Below, piece by piece: positions 28,673 through 39,312 of a stretch of DNA of 64,000 bases (its first letter is position 1; every line of letters begins with the position of its first letter). The stretch spans positions 96,001 to 160,000 of the forward strand of contig CBDCKN010000012.1 of assembly GCA_965218295.1 (NCBI GenBank), in the 5' to 3' direction. Both the position numbers and the translations under genes were made by a program. Origin of the DNA: Longimicrobiales bacterium. GTDB taxonomy: Bacteria; Gemmatimonadota; Gemmatimonadetes; Longimicrobiales; Gaopeijiaceae. Under the pieces are notes generated by a model. The model saw only the letters and a program-made list of their open reading frames with translations. It searched no databases and had not been told where the DNA came from.

Positions 28673-30070
28673 CTACCCTTCAGGGAGCCCGGGCTCTGTC
28701 ATTTTTCGGACGTTGAGCGCCTCGTCCACCTTCTCGGGCGCCATCAGCTCCCGCTTCTCGACCACCTCGCGGACCGAAAGCCCGTCACGAGCGGCCTCCT
28801 TCGCCACCTCAGCGGCCTTGTCGTATCCGATGTAGGGATTGAGCGCCGTGGCGATGGACGGGTTCTTCTCGAGGAGCTCCCTGGTCCTCTCCTCGTTTGC
28901 TTCGATTCCCGCCACGCATCGGTCCGCGAAGGTCGTGGCCATGTTCGCCAGAAGTGTCACCGACTCCAGCAGCGCATGGGCCATGACCGGCATCATCACG
29001 TTCAGCTCGAAGTTCCCCCGCTGGCCGGCGATGGTCACGGTCGTGTGGTTCCCCATGACCCGGGCCGCCACCATCATCATGGCTTCGGACATGACGGGGT
29101 TCACCTTCCCGGGCATGATGGAGCTCCCCGGCTGAATGGCGGGGATATGGATCTCGGAGATGCCCGAGGTCGGCCCGCTGGCCAGCCACCGTAGATCGTC
29201 AGCGATCTTGAAGAAGCTGGTGGCAATCGTGTTCAGCGTGCCGGCTGCATTGACCACGGCATCTTTGGCAGCCTGGGCCTCGAAGTGGTTCTCAGCCTCA
29301 TGAAAATCCAGCCCCAGGTCCTCGGATACCCGAGCGATGGTCTTCGTTGCGAAGTCGGGGTGGGTGTTGATCCCCGTGCCCACGGCAGTCCCACCCAGGG
29401 CCAACTCGGCGAGCTCGGCCGAGGCAGCGCGCACCCGCTCGATACCCTTGGTAAGCTGGTGGGCGTAGCCGCTGAACTGCTGTCCGAGCCGGACGGGTGT
29501 GGCATCCATCAGGTGGGTGCGACCCGACTTGAGCACGTGATCGAAGGCCTCGGCCTTGGCCGCCAGAGCGTCCCTCAAGTGCGTGAGGGCGGGGATGAGC
29601 TCCCGCTCCATGGCCACCCGGGCCGAAATGTGGATCGCCGAGGGGATGGTGTCGTTCGAAGACTGGCCGAAGTTCACGTGGTCGTTGGGATGCACCCGAC
29701 CCACCTCCCCGCCGAGGATCTGATCGGCACGGTGCGCCACCACCTCATTGGTGTTCATGTTCGTAGAGGTGCCCGATCCCGTCTGATAGATGTCGAGCAC
29801 GAACTCGTCATCCCACTGCCCGGCCGCCACCTCGTCGGCCGCCGCCGCGATCGCCTCGGCGGTCTCGGTGTCCAGGGTCCCCAGCTCCAGATTGGTCAGG
29901 GCCGCACCCTTCTTGATGAGCCCCATGGCCTGGATGAAGCCCCGGCCGAAGCGCTGCCCGCTAATCGGAAAGTTCTCGAACGCCCTCTGCGTCTGGGCCC
30001 CGTACAGCGCATCGCTGGGAACGCGTACCTCCCCCAGGGAATCTCGTTCTATACGATAACCGTCGGACAT
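28673..30070 (-). CDS. fumC: Fumarate hydratase class II
   Basis: YGAQTQRA, QTGSGTSTNMN, HPNDHVN.GQSSND, GRTHLMDA, GSSIMPGKVNP. Confidence 0.95.
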   Translation of the reverse strand: MSDGYRIERDSLGEVRVPSDALYGAQTQRAFENFPISGQRFGRGFIQAMGLIKKGAALTNLELGTLDTETAEAIAAAADEVAAGQWDDEFVLDIYQTGSGTSTNMNTNEVVAHRADQILGGEVGRVHPNDHVNFGQSSNDTIPSAIHISARVAMERELIPALTHLRDALAAKAEAFDHVLKSGRTHLMDATPVRLGQQFSGYAHQLTKGIERVRAASAELAELALGGTAVGTGINTHPDFATKTIARVSEDLGLDFHEAENHFEAQAAKDAVVNAAGTLNTIATSFFKIADDLRWLASGPTSGISEIHIPAIQPGSSIMPGKVNPVMSEAMMMVAARVMGNHTTVTIAGQRGNFELNVMMPVMAHALLESVTLLANMATTFADRCVAGIEANEERTRELLEKNPSIATALNPYIGYDKAAEVAKEAARDGLSVREVVEKRELMAPEKVDEALNVRKMTEPGLPEG

Positions 30071-30154
30071 GGCCGCCTCATGGTTGTGTGCGTGAAGATA
30101 CCTCGAAGCCCCCGCATAGCACCCCGCACCCAAACACCGGCCTGGCCTGGCTCA

Positions 30155-30877
30155 TCAGCGCTTGGGCGGACGGCTGGGCCGCATCTCCACCCGGCTGACC
30201 AGAGAGCTGTCGGGATATGAGAGAAGATGCAGGGTCGCGGCAGCCACGTCGTCCGCGCCCAGGGCCCACTCCCTGCCAGGACCGCCCTCGTGATCCGCGA
30301 ACGTCGTGTTCACACTACCGGGCATGATGATGCTTACCCGGATTCCCGAGTGGCGCAGATCCAGCATCATGGCCTCCGTCATGCCCAGCAGACCGAACTT
30401 GCTGGCGTTGTAGCCGGTGCCACCAGCGAAGGAATTCCGGGAGGCGAGGGAGCCGATGTTGACGATCCACCCCTCCGTCGCCTTCAGATGCGGAACCGCC
30501 GCCTGCGAACAGCAGAATACCCCCCGAAGGTTGGTGTCGATCTGGGTCTGCCAGTCGTCGATGGAGAGCTCCTCGATGGAGCCGAAGATCCCGACGCCCG
30601 CGTTGTTGACCAGCACGTCCAGACGGTCCAGCTCCTGAACGGCGGCTCCGATGAGGCGGCCGCACTCGTCCGATCGGCTCACGTCCGCCGGGACTCCCAC
30701 CACTCGCCCCGAGCCCGAGCCATCCAGCTCAGCGGCAACCCGCTCCACGTCTCCGGCCGTGCGAGCGCTCACCACCACGTCGGCGCCGGCGGTCGCGAGA
30801 GCCTCGGCAATGGCCCGGCCGATACCCTTGGTGGCCCCGGTAACGATGCACGCTCTGCCTGCGAGATCCATTGTCAA
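30155..30877 (-). CDS. Short-chain dehydrogenase/reductase
   Basis: TGATKGIG, NNAG, YNASK. Confidence 0.92.
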   Translation of the reverse strand: MTMDLAGRACIVTGATKGIGRAIAEALATAGADVVVSARTAGDVERVAAELDGSGSGRVVGVPADVSRSDECGRLIGAAVQELDRLDVLVNNAGVGIFGSIEELSIDDWQTQIDTNLRGVFCCSQAAVPHLKATEGWIVNIGSLASRNSFAGGTGYNASKFGLLGMTEAMMLDLRHSGIRVSIIMPGSVNTTFADHEGGPGREWALGADDVAAATLHLLSYPDSSLVSRVEMRPSRPPKR

Positions 30878-30878
30878 T

Positions 30879-31880
30879 TCAGCCCTCCGCGCCGACGGCG
30901 GCCGTGACGCTCTCCGCTCCCCCGTGGGCCAGCCAGCGCTCCGCCTCGAGAGCGGCCATGCAGCCGGTCCCTGCCGCCGTTACGGCCTGCTTGTAGAAGT
31001 CGTCCATGGCGTCACCGGCAGCGAACACGCCGGGCACCGATGTCCCGGTGCGCCACGGCACGGGTGTCTCGATCCATCCGTTGGCCTTGAGCTCCACCTG
31101 CTCACCCAGGAACTCCGTGTTGGGTGTGTGACCGATGGCCACGAACAGCCCGCCCACGTCGAGGCGGCGCTCCTCACCCGTCTGGGTGTCCCGGAGCATC
31201 ACCCCGGTAATCACGTCGTCGCCCAGGACCTCGGTCACCACGTGGTTCCACTCGAAGCGGATCTTCTCTTCGGCGAAGGCTCGATTCTGCATGATTTTCG
31301 ACGCCCGGAGCTCGTTCCGCCGGTGCACCACCACAACCTCTTTGGCGAACTTCGTCATGTATAGGGCGTCCTCCATGGCGCTGTCGCCACCTCCCACGAT
31401 AGCAATGACCTGGTCGCGGAAGTGGGGGAGCGCGCCGTCGCACACGGCGCAGGCCGACACCCCTCCGCCGCTCTGGGCCAGACGCTCCTCGTTTGGGAGC
31501 CCGATCCAGCGGGCGTTCGCGCCCGTGGCAATGATCACCGTGTCGCTCTCGATCTCGACACCACCGCTCGTCTTCAGGAGTAGGGGGCGCACCGAGAAAT
31601 CGACCTCAACGACGTCCTCCGTGATGACCCGAGTGTCGAAGCGGAGCGCCTGGGCCTTGAAGTCCGCCATCATCTCGAACCCCGTGATGCCCTCCGGAAA
31701 GCCGGGATAGTTCTCCACCTCCGTGGTATACATCAGCTGTCCGCCGGGGATCATGGTCCTGCTCCCAGCGCCCTCGATAACGAAGGGGTTCAGGCTGGCC
31801 CGAGCCGCATAGATCGCGGCGGTCCAGGCAGCCGGACCCGAGCCGATGATGACGACTTGTTCGTGGTGGCGTTCAGACAT
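30879..31880 (-). CDS. trxB: Thioredoxin-disulfide reductase
   Basis: [44 protein letters not shown]. Confidence 0.95.
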   Translation of the reverse strand: MSERHHEQVVIIGSGPAAWTAAIYAARASLNPFVIEGAGSRTMIPGGQLMYTTEVENYPGFPEGITGFEMMADFKAQALRFDTRVITEDVVEVDFSVRPLLLKTSGGVEIESDTVIIATGANARWIGLPNEERLAQSGGGVSACAVCDGALPHFRDQVIAIVGGGDSAMEDALYMTKFAKEVVVVHRRNELRASKIMQNRAFAEEKIRFEWNHVVTEVLGDDVITGVMLRDTQTGEERRLDVGGLFVAIGHTPNTEFLGEQVELKANGWIETPVPWRTGTSVPGVFAAGDAMDDFYKQAVTAAGTGCMAALEAERWLAHGGAESVTAAVGAEG

Positions 31881-31899
31881 GGTTCCATTCCCCGGGTGG

Positions 31900-31941
31900 G
31901 GTGTGCCTCGTGCTGATCGAGGTGTGCCTCGTGCTGATCGA
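31900..31941. repeat. Perfect 21-bp tandem repeat upstream of trxB
   Basis: GGTGTGCCTCGTGCTGATCGA at 31900-31920 and 31921-31941. Confidence 0.9.
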
Positions 31942-32005
31942 TAGGTAGAACACCTGGAGGTTCCCGGCCCCCCTCATCTGCGTGTCCTCCCCTCCACTCT
32001 CGCCC

Positions 32006-33013
32006 TTACTTGTCCTTGAAGATAGCCAGGTTCGTGGAGTGGCCGGGATTCACGCGGGCCTCAGGGTCCAGGTAGTTCACCGCATTGTTCACGGCAATGG
32101 CAGCTTCGGAGTAGCCCGTGGCGATGAGATCGAGCTTGCCTGGATAGGACACGAGATCGCCGGCAGCGTAGATACCCGGAATCGACGTCTCCATGAGCTG
32201 GCTGACCACGATCCTGTTCCCCGTGAGCTCGAGACCCCACGACTTGATGGGCCCCAGGTCGGGCTTGAATCCCAGCAAGCAGAGCACCGCGTCGACGTCC
32301 AGATCGACGTCCTCGTCCGTTCGGTTGTCGTATATGGTTACGGATTCGACCGCACTGTTGCCGCGGATCTCTCGGACCTCGTAAAACGTCTTCAGATCGA
32401 TGTCACCGGCCTCGTGAGCGGCATGGAGCTGATCAATCGACGCCTCGTGGGCCCGGAAGCCGTCCCGGCGATGCACCATCGTGAGCTGTGCGGCCCGGTC
32501 CTTCAGGCTGAGCGCCCAGTCCAGGGCGGAGTCGCCACCCCCGACGATGAGGACCTTCTTGCCGAGGTAGTCGTCGGGGTCCTTTACCGCGTAGTAGATG
32601 CCCTTGCCGAGCAGATCGTCATACCCGGGGCACTTGAGGTGACGGGGTTCGAAAGCGCCCTTGCCGCCGGCAATGAGCACAGACCTGCTCGCGTACTCAC
32701 CGTTTCGGCACCCTAGTACGAAGTGGTCTCCGTCCCTTCCCAGCTCGCCGATCTCTTCGTCCAGGACCACGTCGGGATCGAACTGGAGTCCCTGGGTGGC
32801 CATGTCCCGAGCCAGATCCTTGGCCATGATCTTGGGAATGCCGCCCACGTCAAAGACGTATTTCTCGGGGTAGAGGGCCATGAGCTGGCCCCCCAGCTCG
32901 GGGAGGGAGTCGATGATGCGGGTCGAAATCCCTCTCATCCCCGCGTAGAAGGCGCCGAAGAGGCCGGTGGGTCCGCCTCCGATGATCGTGATGTCCCGTA
33001 CGTCGTCGTGCAT
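32006..33013 (-). CDS. Ferredoxin--NADP+ reductase (TrxB-like, YumC type)
   Basis: GGGPTGLF..FY.GMR, GGQL.ALYPEK..FDV.G, GGGDSALDW, YPGKL.LIATG, PGHS; no CxxC. Confidence 0.92.
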   Translation of the reverse strand: MHDDVRDITIIGGGPTGLFGAFYAGMRGISTRIIDSLPELGGQLMALYPEKYVFDVGGIPKIMAKDLARDMATQGLQFDPDVVLDEEIGELGRDGDHFVLGCRNGEYASRSVLIAGGKGAFEPRHLKCPGYDDLLGKGIYYAVKDPDDYLGKKVLIVGGGDSALDWALSLKDRAAQLTMVHRRDGFRAHEASIDQLHAAHEAGDIDLKTFYEVREIRGNSAVESVTIYDNRTDEDVDLDVDAVLCLLGFKPDLGPIKSWGLELTGNRIVVSQLMETSIPGIYAAGDLVSYPGKLDLIATGYSEAAIAVNNAVNYLDPEARVNPGHSTNLAIFKDK

Positions 33014-33091
33014 GGTCAGAAGTCTAACTTCGGACCGGGAGACGTCCAACCGGAGTGCAGGCCATGAAGGTCGTCGAGGGGACCGAAGTGA

Positions 33092-34345
33092 CTAGACGGG
33101 CCCGGCTGCACCACCAGCGAAGAGCTCCGAGCGGTGGTATCGGTCGAGCCCGCGCACGACGAGGAGCTTGACGCCCACGGCGGCGGGCACGCCCACCAGA
33201 AGGCCGACGAATCCGAAGAAGAAACCGCCCACAGACAAAGCGAGGACGATCCAGACGGGGTGGAGCCCGACGGATTCGCCGACGATCCGCGGGCTGATGA
33301 AGCTGCCTTCCAGGATCTGTGTCGAGCCGTACACGGCGGCCACTTTGATGAGGGACGTCACCACGTTGCCGCTGACCAGAGCGACGATGATCGCTGGAAT
33401 GACGCTGAGAACGAGCCCCAGGAAGGGAATGAGCCCGAGGACGCCGACCAACGCACCCAACAGAAAGGGATAGGGAAACCGGACCACGAAGAGGAGCACG
33501 CCCGTGAGGAGCCCGAGAATGACCGCCACGGTGACCTGCCCTCGTAGGTACTTGGCCAGCAGGGTGTCGTATTCGGTGGCGAAGTCTACGATGGCCGCTT
33601 CGCGAGAGCGCGGAAGGAGCCCCCGGACCCGGGCGACGATCTTGTCATAGTCCCGGAGCAGATAGAAGGTGAGGACAGGCGTGAGGACCACGTACCCGGC
33701 CAGCGTCGCCGCCGATCCGAGTCCCCTGCCGAGGCCCAGAACGCTCGCCCACGCTCCGCTCGCCAAGCTCGATCGCCGCTCCTGCAGGAAGGTCACGACC
33801 CGCCCGGGATCGAGGGTGCGGAGGTCCGGGAGGGACCCCTCGTCCAGGCCGGGGATGTTGGCGAGGAGGATCCGCTCCCGTAGCGCGCTGACCCATCCGC
33901 CCACTCGATCCAGGAGCGTGGGGGCCGCCTCGATAAGCTGGTCCACCTGTACGATCAACGCCGGGATCCCGAAGAGCACCAGAACCACACCGAGGCTCAC
34001 CACGGGCAGAGAAAGAATCACGATAGCCAGCGTGCGGCCGACGCCGCGACCCTCGAGGCCGTCCACCAGCGGATCCAGCACGTATGCCAGGACGAAGCCC
34101 AAGACGAAGGGCGCCAGCAAGAAGCCCGTGGTAGCAAGCAGCCAGTAGAGCGTGAGGATGGCGGCCACGAAGACGAGCAGCCCATGCCCCTGTACGCCCC
34201 GGAACGGGAGCAGGACCACCACCAGGATCCAGAAGAGAAGGAAGGGGTTCAGCAGGCCCCGGACGCTGAACAGGAAAAGGCCGAGTACCAGTAGGGCTGC
34301 GACAGCTTGAGCCACCCTCCAGACGGACTGCGCGCTGGTCGTCAT
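33092..34345 (-). CDS. AI-2E family transporter
   Basis: LAYVLDPLV, YLRGQ, LIPFLG, PRIVGESVGLHP, GFVGLLVGVP. Confidence 0.92.
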   Translation of the reverse strand: MTTSAQSVWRVAQAVAALLVLGLFLFSVRGLLNPFLLFWILVVVLLPFRGVQGHGLLVFVAAILTLYWLLATTGFLLAPFVLGFVLAYVLDPLVDGLEGRGVGRTLAIVILSLPVVSLGVVLVLFGIPALIVQVDQLIEAAPTLLDRVGGWVSALRERILLANIPGLDEGSLPDLRTLDPGRVVTFLQERRSSLASGAWASVLGLGRGLGSAATLAGYVVLTPVLTFYLLRDYDKIVARVRGLLPRSREAAIVDFATEYDTLLAKYLRGQVTVAVILGLLTGVLLFVVRFPYPFLLGALVGVLGLIPFLGLVLSVIPAIIVALVSGNVVTSLIKVAAVYGSTQILEGSFISPRIVGESVGLHPVWIVLALSVGGFFFGFVGLLVGVPAAVGVKLLVVRGLDRYHRSELFAGGAAGPV

Positions 34346-34794
34346 ATCATGCCGGTCACTTCATCCGATTCGAGAACTTCCGCCGCCCTTTCCACTACCT
34401 GGCGCGCGTTGTCATAGGCTACCGTCGTGATGGCCTCCCGCACGGGCAGCCACAGGCACTCGGTGATTCCCTCCTTTACCTCGGGCTCGGTGTCTCCGTC
34501 CCTGGAGGCCATGAAGAAACAGTCACAGAACTTGTGGATCAGATCGCCCTTCAGCCGAAAGTACCAATCGATGGTTCCCAGGGACGGGCCCAACTCGAGC
34601 TGGTCGAGCCCCGTCTCCTCACTGACCTCGCGAACGGCCTCCTCCTCCGGGCTCTCTTCACCCTCGAGATGGCCCTTGGGCAATCCCCACTTGCCGTAGG
34701 GATCCTTGATGAGCAGGAAGTGCACCGAGTCCCCGATGCGGCGCGCCACCACGCCGCCGGAGCTGCGCTCTATCCTCGTCCGGGGCCTCGCCAT
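34342..34794 (-). CDS. NUDIX hydrolase
   Basis: WGLPKGHLE.EE.PEE.AVREVSEETGL Nudix box. Confidence 0.92.
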   Translation of the reverse strand: MARPRTRIERSSGGVVARRIGDSVHFLLIKDPYGKWGLPKGHLEGEESPEEEAVREVSEETGLDQLELGPSLGTIDWYFRLKGDLIHKFCDCFFMASRDGDTEPEVKEGITECLWLPVREAITTVAYDNARQVVERAAEVLESDEVTGMI

Positions 34795-34810
34795 CGATTC
34801 CGTGGTGCGG

Positions 34811-35821
34811 CTAGAAGATGGAGAGCCGCACGTACTTACGCGGATTCGCCCGGAGATCCTGCATGAGGAGGTTGAGCTCATCCAGCAGATCCTCGGCTCG
34901 AATCGCCAACGCCGTGTCGGAGATGAGCCGGCCCAGTGATCCCTCTCCCCGCTCCACCCGAGCCGCGATGCGACTCAGGGCCGACATGGTCGAGTCTGCG
35001 AGGGCCAGGGTCGCGGTGAGACTCACCGACGCGGAAGAGACGTCGCCGGACACATCCTTCAGGTCGGTCGTGATGACCCGTGTGTTGGCGATGATGGAGT
35101 CTACGTCCTCGGAGGCGAGCAAGTCGTCAATGCGCTCCAGGGAGCCCCGAGCGTGGGTGAGGGCCGTAGCGATCTCGCGGGTGGACGTCCGGACGTCCTC
35201 GGCGATGCCCGTGAACTGGGCCGACTGCTCGCCGACCACGTCGCGCAGGGTGGCGGTCAGCTCCTCCATGTTGTTGATGGCCTGAGCGAGCTGATCGGCG
35301 GATTCGTCGCTAAAGGCGCGGTCGAAGCGGTCGGTGAGGGACGACAGGTTCTGGGCCACCTCGTCGGCGACCGCCGTCAGGCGCGACAGGTCGGGGAGCG
35401 TGTAGCCGCCCAGCACGCGGATCCCGCCCTGGAATCGCGCGTCGGCCGGGACCTCGTAGAAGTCGAAGCGGGGATAGCGGGAGCGCGTCACGATCTCGGC
35501 CTGCCAGTCCCCGAACATGGACTCGGGCGCGATGACGACCGCGGCGTCCGGCTCGAGGATCCAGTCTCCCTCGAGCAGCAGCTGGATCCGCACGGCGGCG
35601 CCGCCGGCTTCTACGGTGATGTCGCCCACCCGCCCGATGCTCACCCCCCTGAATTTCACCCCGTTTCCGACGGCGAGCTGACCCGCGTCCCGCATGAGAG
35701 CGTGGATCTCTGTCTGGCCAGTGCCAAAGCGCGTGCCCTGCAGCCAGAATGTGCCGAAGACCGCGACGAACAGTCCGGCAAGGATGACCGACCCCACGAG
35801 CAGCTCTCGGCGGCGGGTCAC
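34811..35821 (-). CDS. MlaD/MCE family protein
   Basis: N-terminal TM, AGQL..G..VKFRGV.IGRV, coiled-coil, GEGSLGRL, NPRKY. Confidence 0.9.
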   Translation of the reverse strand: MTRRRELLVGSVILAGLFVAVFGTFWLQGTRFGTGQTEIHALMRDAGQLAVGNGVKFRGVSIGRVGDITVEAGGAAVRIQLLLEGDWILEPDAAVVIAPESMFGDWQAEIVTRSRYPRFDFYEVPADARFQGGIRVLGGYTLPDLSRLTAVADEVAQNLSSLTDRFDRAFSDESADQLAQAINNMEELTATLRDVVGEQSAQFTGIAEDVRTSTREIATALTHARGSLERIDDLLASEDVDSIIANTRVITTDLKDVSGDVSSASVSLTATLALADSTMSALSRIAARVERGEGSLGRLISDTALAIRAEDLLDELNLLMQDLRANPRKYVRLSIF

Positions 35822-36567
35822 TGCACGGACTCCATCAACTCCGGCCGGCCCTCAATGAAGGCCCTGAGCAGCGGATCGTCCGACTCCCGGATCTCGCCCA
35901 CGGTACCGATGGTGCGGAGGCGACCTTCGTGCAGCATGGCGATCCGGTCGGAGATATGGTACGCGCTCTCCATGTCGTGTGTGATGACGATGCCGGTCAC
36001 ACCCAACTCCTCGCTCATCCGAATGATGAGCCGGTCGATGATGGTCACGGTGATCGGATCGAGCCCGGTCGTCGGCTCATCATACAACAAGTATTTGGGC
36101 CGCGTCGCGATGGCCCGGGCCAGGCCCGCCCTTTTCACCATACCCCCCGAAAGCTCCGATGGGTAGCGCCCCTCGACCCCCTGGAGATCGACCAGCGCGA
36201 GGCACTCTAGCACCCGGGCCTGGATCTCCTCCTCGTACATGTCGGGGACGCGACGGAGCCCCATGGCCACGTTGTCGGCGATGGTCATGGAGTCGAAGAG
36301 GGCCGCGAATTGGAAGACGTATCCCACCGTCCGACGCAGTTCGGCGAGACCATCCTCCTCGAGCTCGGCCACGTTCTGCCCGTCGACCCAGACCTCGCCA
36401 CGATCCGGCTGGATGAGCCGCAACACATGCTTGAGCGTGACCGACTTCCCGGCCCCGGAGGCACCGATAATGCTCAACGTCTCACCGTCCAGAACCTCCA
36501 GGGAGAACCCCCGGAGAATCTCCTTCGGCCCGAACGCCTTGTGGACGTCCATGAGTTGGATGCTCAA
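35818..36567 (-). CDS. MlaF-type ABC ATP-binding protein
   Basis: GASGAGKS, FQFAALFDSMT, LSGGM.KR..LARA, YDEPTTGLDP; TTG start overlaps the mlaE stop. Confidence 0.92.
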   Translation of the reverse strand: MSIQLMDVHKAFGPKEILRGFSLEVLDGETLSIIGASGAGKSVTLKHVLRLIQPDRGEVWVDGQNVAELEEDGLAELRRTVGYVFQFAALFDSMTIADNVAMGLRRVPDMYEEEIQARVLECLALVDLQGVEGRYPSELSGGMVKRAGLARAIATRPKYLLYDEPTTGLDPITVTIIDRLIIRMSEELGVTGIVITHDMESAYHISDRIAMLHEGRLRTIGTVGEIRESDDPLLRAFIEGRPELMESVQ

Positions 36568-37346
36568 AGCAGCACCAGCGCCCAGAAAGCGTCCAGAACC
36601 AGAATCAGCATGCTCGCCAGCACTACCGAGCGTGTTGCGGAGATGCCGACGCCTGCGGCTCCACCCTTGGTGTGGAAGCCGTAGAACGATCCCACGCCTG
36701 TGACGATCAGGCCGAAGCTCGTGCTCTTGATCGCGGCGAACTGCACGTCCCACGGCTCGAAGGCGAACCTGAGTCCTTTCACGAACTCGGCGTTCGACAT
36801 GTCGAGGAACGCCATGGAGGCTGCCCAGCCCGCCACGACTCCCATGGCGGTGGCGAGGACGACGATCACCGGGAACATGACGATGCCCGCCAGCACCCGG
36901 GGCACGACAAGATAGGCCAGCGGATCGTATGCCAGGGTCTCCAGGGCGTCGATCTGCTCCGTGACACGCATGGTACCGATCTCCGCGGAGATGCTGGCAC
37001 CAACTCGCCCGGCCAGGGAGAGACCGGTCAGTACCGGTCCCAGCTCCAGGATCATCGTCTTGCCGACCAGTGTCCCCACGAAGTACATGGGGACCGCGCC
37101 AGTGATGGTGTACGAGGCCTGAAGCGCCAGAACGATGCCGGTGAAGGTCGCGATGAAGAGGGCGATGGGAACGGAGGCGACACCGACGGCCACCATCTGT
37201 GGCATCAGTTGCGGTCCCCAGATCTCGACGTTCTTGAGAGCGCGCGTGGCCCCGGCGGCGAGGTACCCGGCCTTTCCCAGCGTTCGGACGGCCCCCACCG
37301 TCCAGCGGCCGAGATATCTCACGGGAGCCACGATGATGCCGTTCAT
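36564..37346 (-). CDS. MlaE-type ABC permease
   Basis: ELGPVLT...AGRVGA.I.AEIGTMRVTEQIDAL, YLVVPR, GAAGVG..ATRSVV. Confidence 0.93.
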   Translation of the reverse strand: MNGIIVAPVRYLGRWTVGAVRTLGKAGYLAAGATRALKNVEIWGPQLMPQMVAVGVASVPIALFIATFTGIVLALQASYTITGAVPMYFVGTLVGKTMILELGPVLTGLSLAGRVGASISAEIGTMRVTEQIDALETLAYDPLAYLVVPRVLAGIVMFPVIVVLATAMGVVAGWAASMAFLDMSNAEFVKGLRFAFEPWDVQFAAIKSTSFGLIVTGVGSFYGFHTKGGAAGVGISATRSVVLASMLILVLDAFWALVLL

Positions 37347-37465
37347 GGACAGAAGATAGCCGAGCCGCGAACACGGTGGCTAGGGCGCCCGGACATGCCC
37401 TAAGGGCTGTGGAGCCGAGGCTCCGGATGGTGTGGAGGGGTCGACAGCTGGGGGTGCGTTGCGAC

Positions 37466-37825
37466 TCAGCGGCGTGACGCCATGGGCATGTCGTCTTCCA
37501 GCGTATACACGACTTCTTCGGCGCGGCCGTCCGACGTGGGGACCATGCAGGTAACCTGAACCCGGGACACGAGGTTGTACGGGTCCGACACCGCCACCTC
37601 CATGTCCAAGCCCTGACCCCGTGACACGATCCGGGTGCGGACCCGCTCTCCGGGGCTCGCCTCGCGCCTATTCGCGGGGTTTCGGAAGAGCGTCTTGGTG
37701 GACTGCCGGCCACTGTCCAGCGTCCGGGTGACCTTCACCAGCCGAAGCCAGTCCGGCTGATAGTTGATCTGGTATGCGAAACCCTGCTGGTCCGCGCCCT
37801 TGCCCTCCCGGTTGTGCCTCCCCAT
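37466..37825 (-). CDS. Hypothetical 119-aa protein
   Basis: GGAGG RBS, host-like codon usage, own promoter upstream. Confidence 0.7.
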   Translation of the reverse strand: MGRHNREGKGADQQGFAYQINYQPDWLRLVKVTRTLDSGRQSTKTLFRNPANRREASPGERVRTRIVSRGQGLDMEVAVSDPYNLVSRVQVTCMVPTSDGRAEEVVYTLEDDMPMASRR

Positions 37826-37866
37826 GTCGCCTCCGATAAAAATAGCAAAAAAGCGAGGGGTAAACG

Positions 37867-37895
37867 AATGTTTCTCAGGTTCACGGAATTGTCAA
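37867..37895 (-). promoter_or_regulatory. Sigma70-type promoter in an AT-rich tract
   Basis: TTGACA (37895-37890), 17-nt spacer, AACATT (37872-37867). Confidence 0.55.
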
Positions 37896-37975
37896 GTTTC
37901 TTCTGTCGAAAAACCAGAAAGCGCTTTTGATATTTGATGTTTCTCCGCAATGTGGCGGAACGAATTCGCGTCGAC

Positions 37976-39136
37976 TTACAAGCGAACGGGGAGCGGGACA
38001 AAGGTCAGAAAAAAGATCAAGATGGCCGACCAGCCGATGACGGTCCGGATGGTCCCCAGCATCACTTGGGGCTGAAGCACCTTCGGATGAGCAAGGCGTC
38101 CGCGACTGAGGAGCACGGCGAGTCCAGCCCACAGCCACCAGCCCCACCACAGCCGTCCAAGGGGGAGCAGGGCCAGCAAGAGAGCGGGCGCCGCCCACCG
38201 CTGCACCCCCCTCGAGAGAGCGTACAGGATGTGGCCGCCGTCCAGTTGACCGAACGGAAGCAGGTTGAGAAAGGTGACGAACAAGCCGAGCCAAGCCGCA
38301 AAGGCCACTGGATGGAGGAGAATCGGGTTCACGCCCAGCTCGGCGGGGAAGAAAAGGTAGAGGATCCCCTGCACGACGAGGCCCGAGCCCAACCGGATGG
38401 GCTGGCCCGCGAACTCCACGACCATGGGCATCCACGCGTCGGCCGGGCCGTTGACCGTTCCCGAGAGCGCGAGGCCGGCCAAGAGCAAGAGAACGGAGAG
38501 GACGAAGCTCGCGATGGGACCGCCGACGCCGATGTCGAGGAGAATGGAGCGCCTCACGATGGGCCCGCGTATGCGGATGAAGGCGCCCAGCGTGCCTATG
38601 ACAGAGTAGTAGGGGGGGAACGGGATGAAGTAGGGGAGACTGGCTCGGACCTGGTGCTGTCTCGCCATGAGGAAATGGCCCATCTCGTGGGCCATCAGGA
38701 TGGACATCAGCGTGAGGGCGAACGGTACACCGGCCGCCATCCCCACCCAGTCCACCGTGGTGGGTACCGGAATCCACGCGCTCCCGACCTCGACGAACTG
38801 CGTCGCCATGGGGTCGATCCCTCGCAGGAGCGCACCCGCCATGAGCATTGTGAAGAACGTAAGGAGAAGAAGGGCGCCGTGGATCAGCCAGGGCCGGGGC
38901 GCCCGTGTCCGGCTCGGTCGCAGCAGAACGACCTCGACGCCCTCTTCCGTGTTCGCCAGATACGTGGGGCCGCCCCAGTCCCCGAGGGCCTCCACGACGA
39001 CGGTGTCCTCGGCTCTCAGGTCGTCTCTGAGCTCGCCGACGACGAGCTCCGTGTCACCCACCAGACCCATGCGGTATGTGGCCAAGATGGTCATCCAGGT
39101 CCCGGATGTGCTCTTGACCCCCTCGCCGTCCCCCAT
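37976..39136 (-). CDS. Site-2 protease (M50) family
   Basis: HEMGH, GTLGAFI, NLLPFGQLDGGH. Confidence 0.92.
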   Translation of the reverse strand: MGDGEGVKSTSGTWMTILATYRMGLVGDTELVVGELRDDLRAEDTVVVEALGDWGGPTYLANTEEGVEVVLLRPSRTRAPRPWLIHGALLLLTFFTMLMAGALLRGIDPMATQFVEVGSAWIPVPTTVDWVGMAAGVPFALTLMSILMAHEMGHFLMARQHQVRASLPYFIPFPPYYSVIGTLGAFIRIRGPIVRRSILLDIGVGGPIASFVLSVLLLLAGLALSGTVNGPADAWMPMVVEFAGQPIRLGSGLVVQGILYLFFPAELGVNPILLHPVAFAAWLGLFVTFLNLLPFGQLDGGHILYALSRGVQRWAAPALLLALLPLGRLWWGWWLWAGLAVLLSRGRLAHPKVLQPQVMLGTIRTVIGWSAILIFFLTFVPLPVRL

Positions 39137-39312
39137 TAGAATCGACTCGATTCCCTCAATAAACTCCCACGCTCGGCCCCCGTCGCATGAGCGCGGAACT
39201 CTCCATACTCTTCGCAGGTTTTGTTGTCGTGTCGCCCTCCAGCCTGACGCACTAGCCCCCGACCTGCCGTCTCGGCTAAGAAGCCGTAGGTGGTGTGTAA
39301 CCCGGAGTAGAA

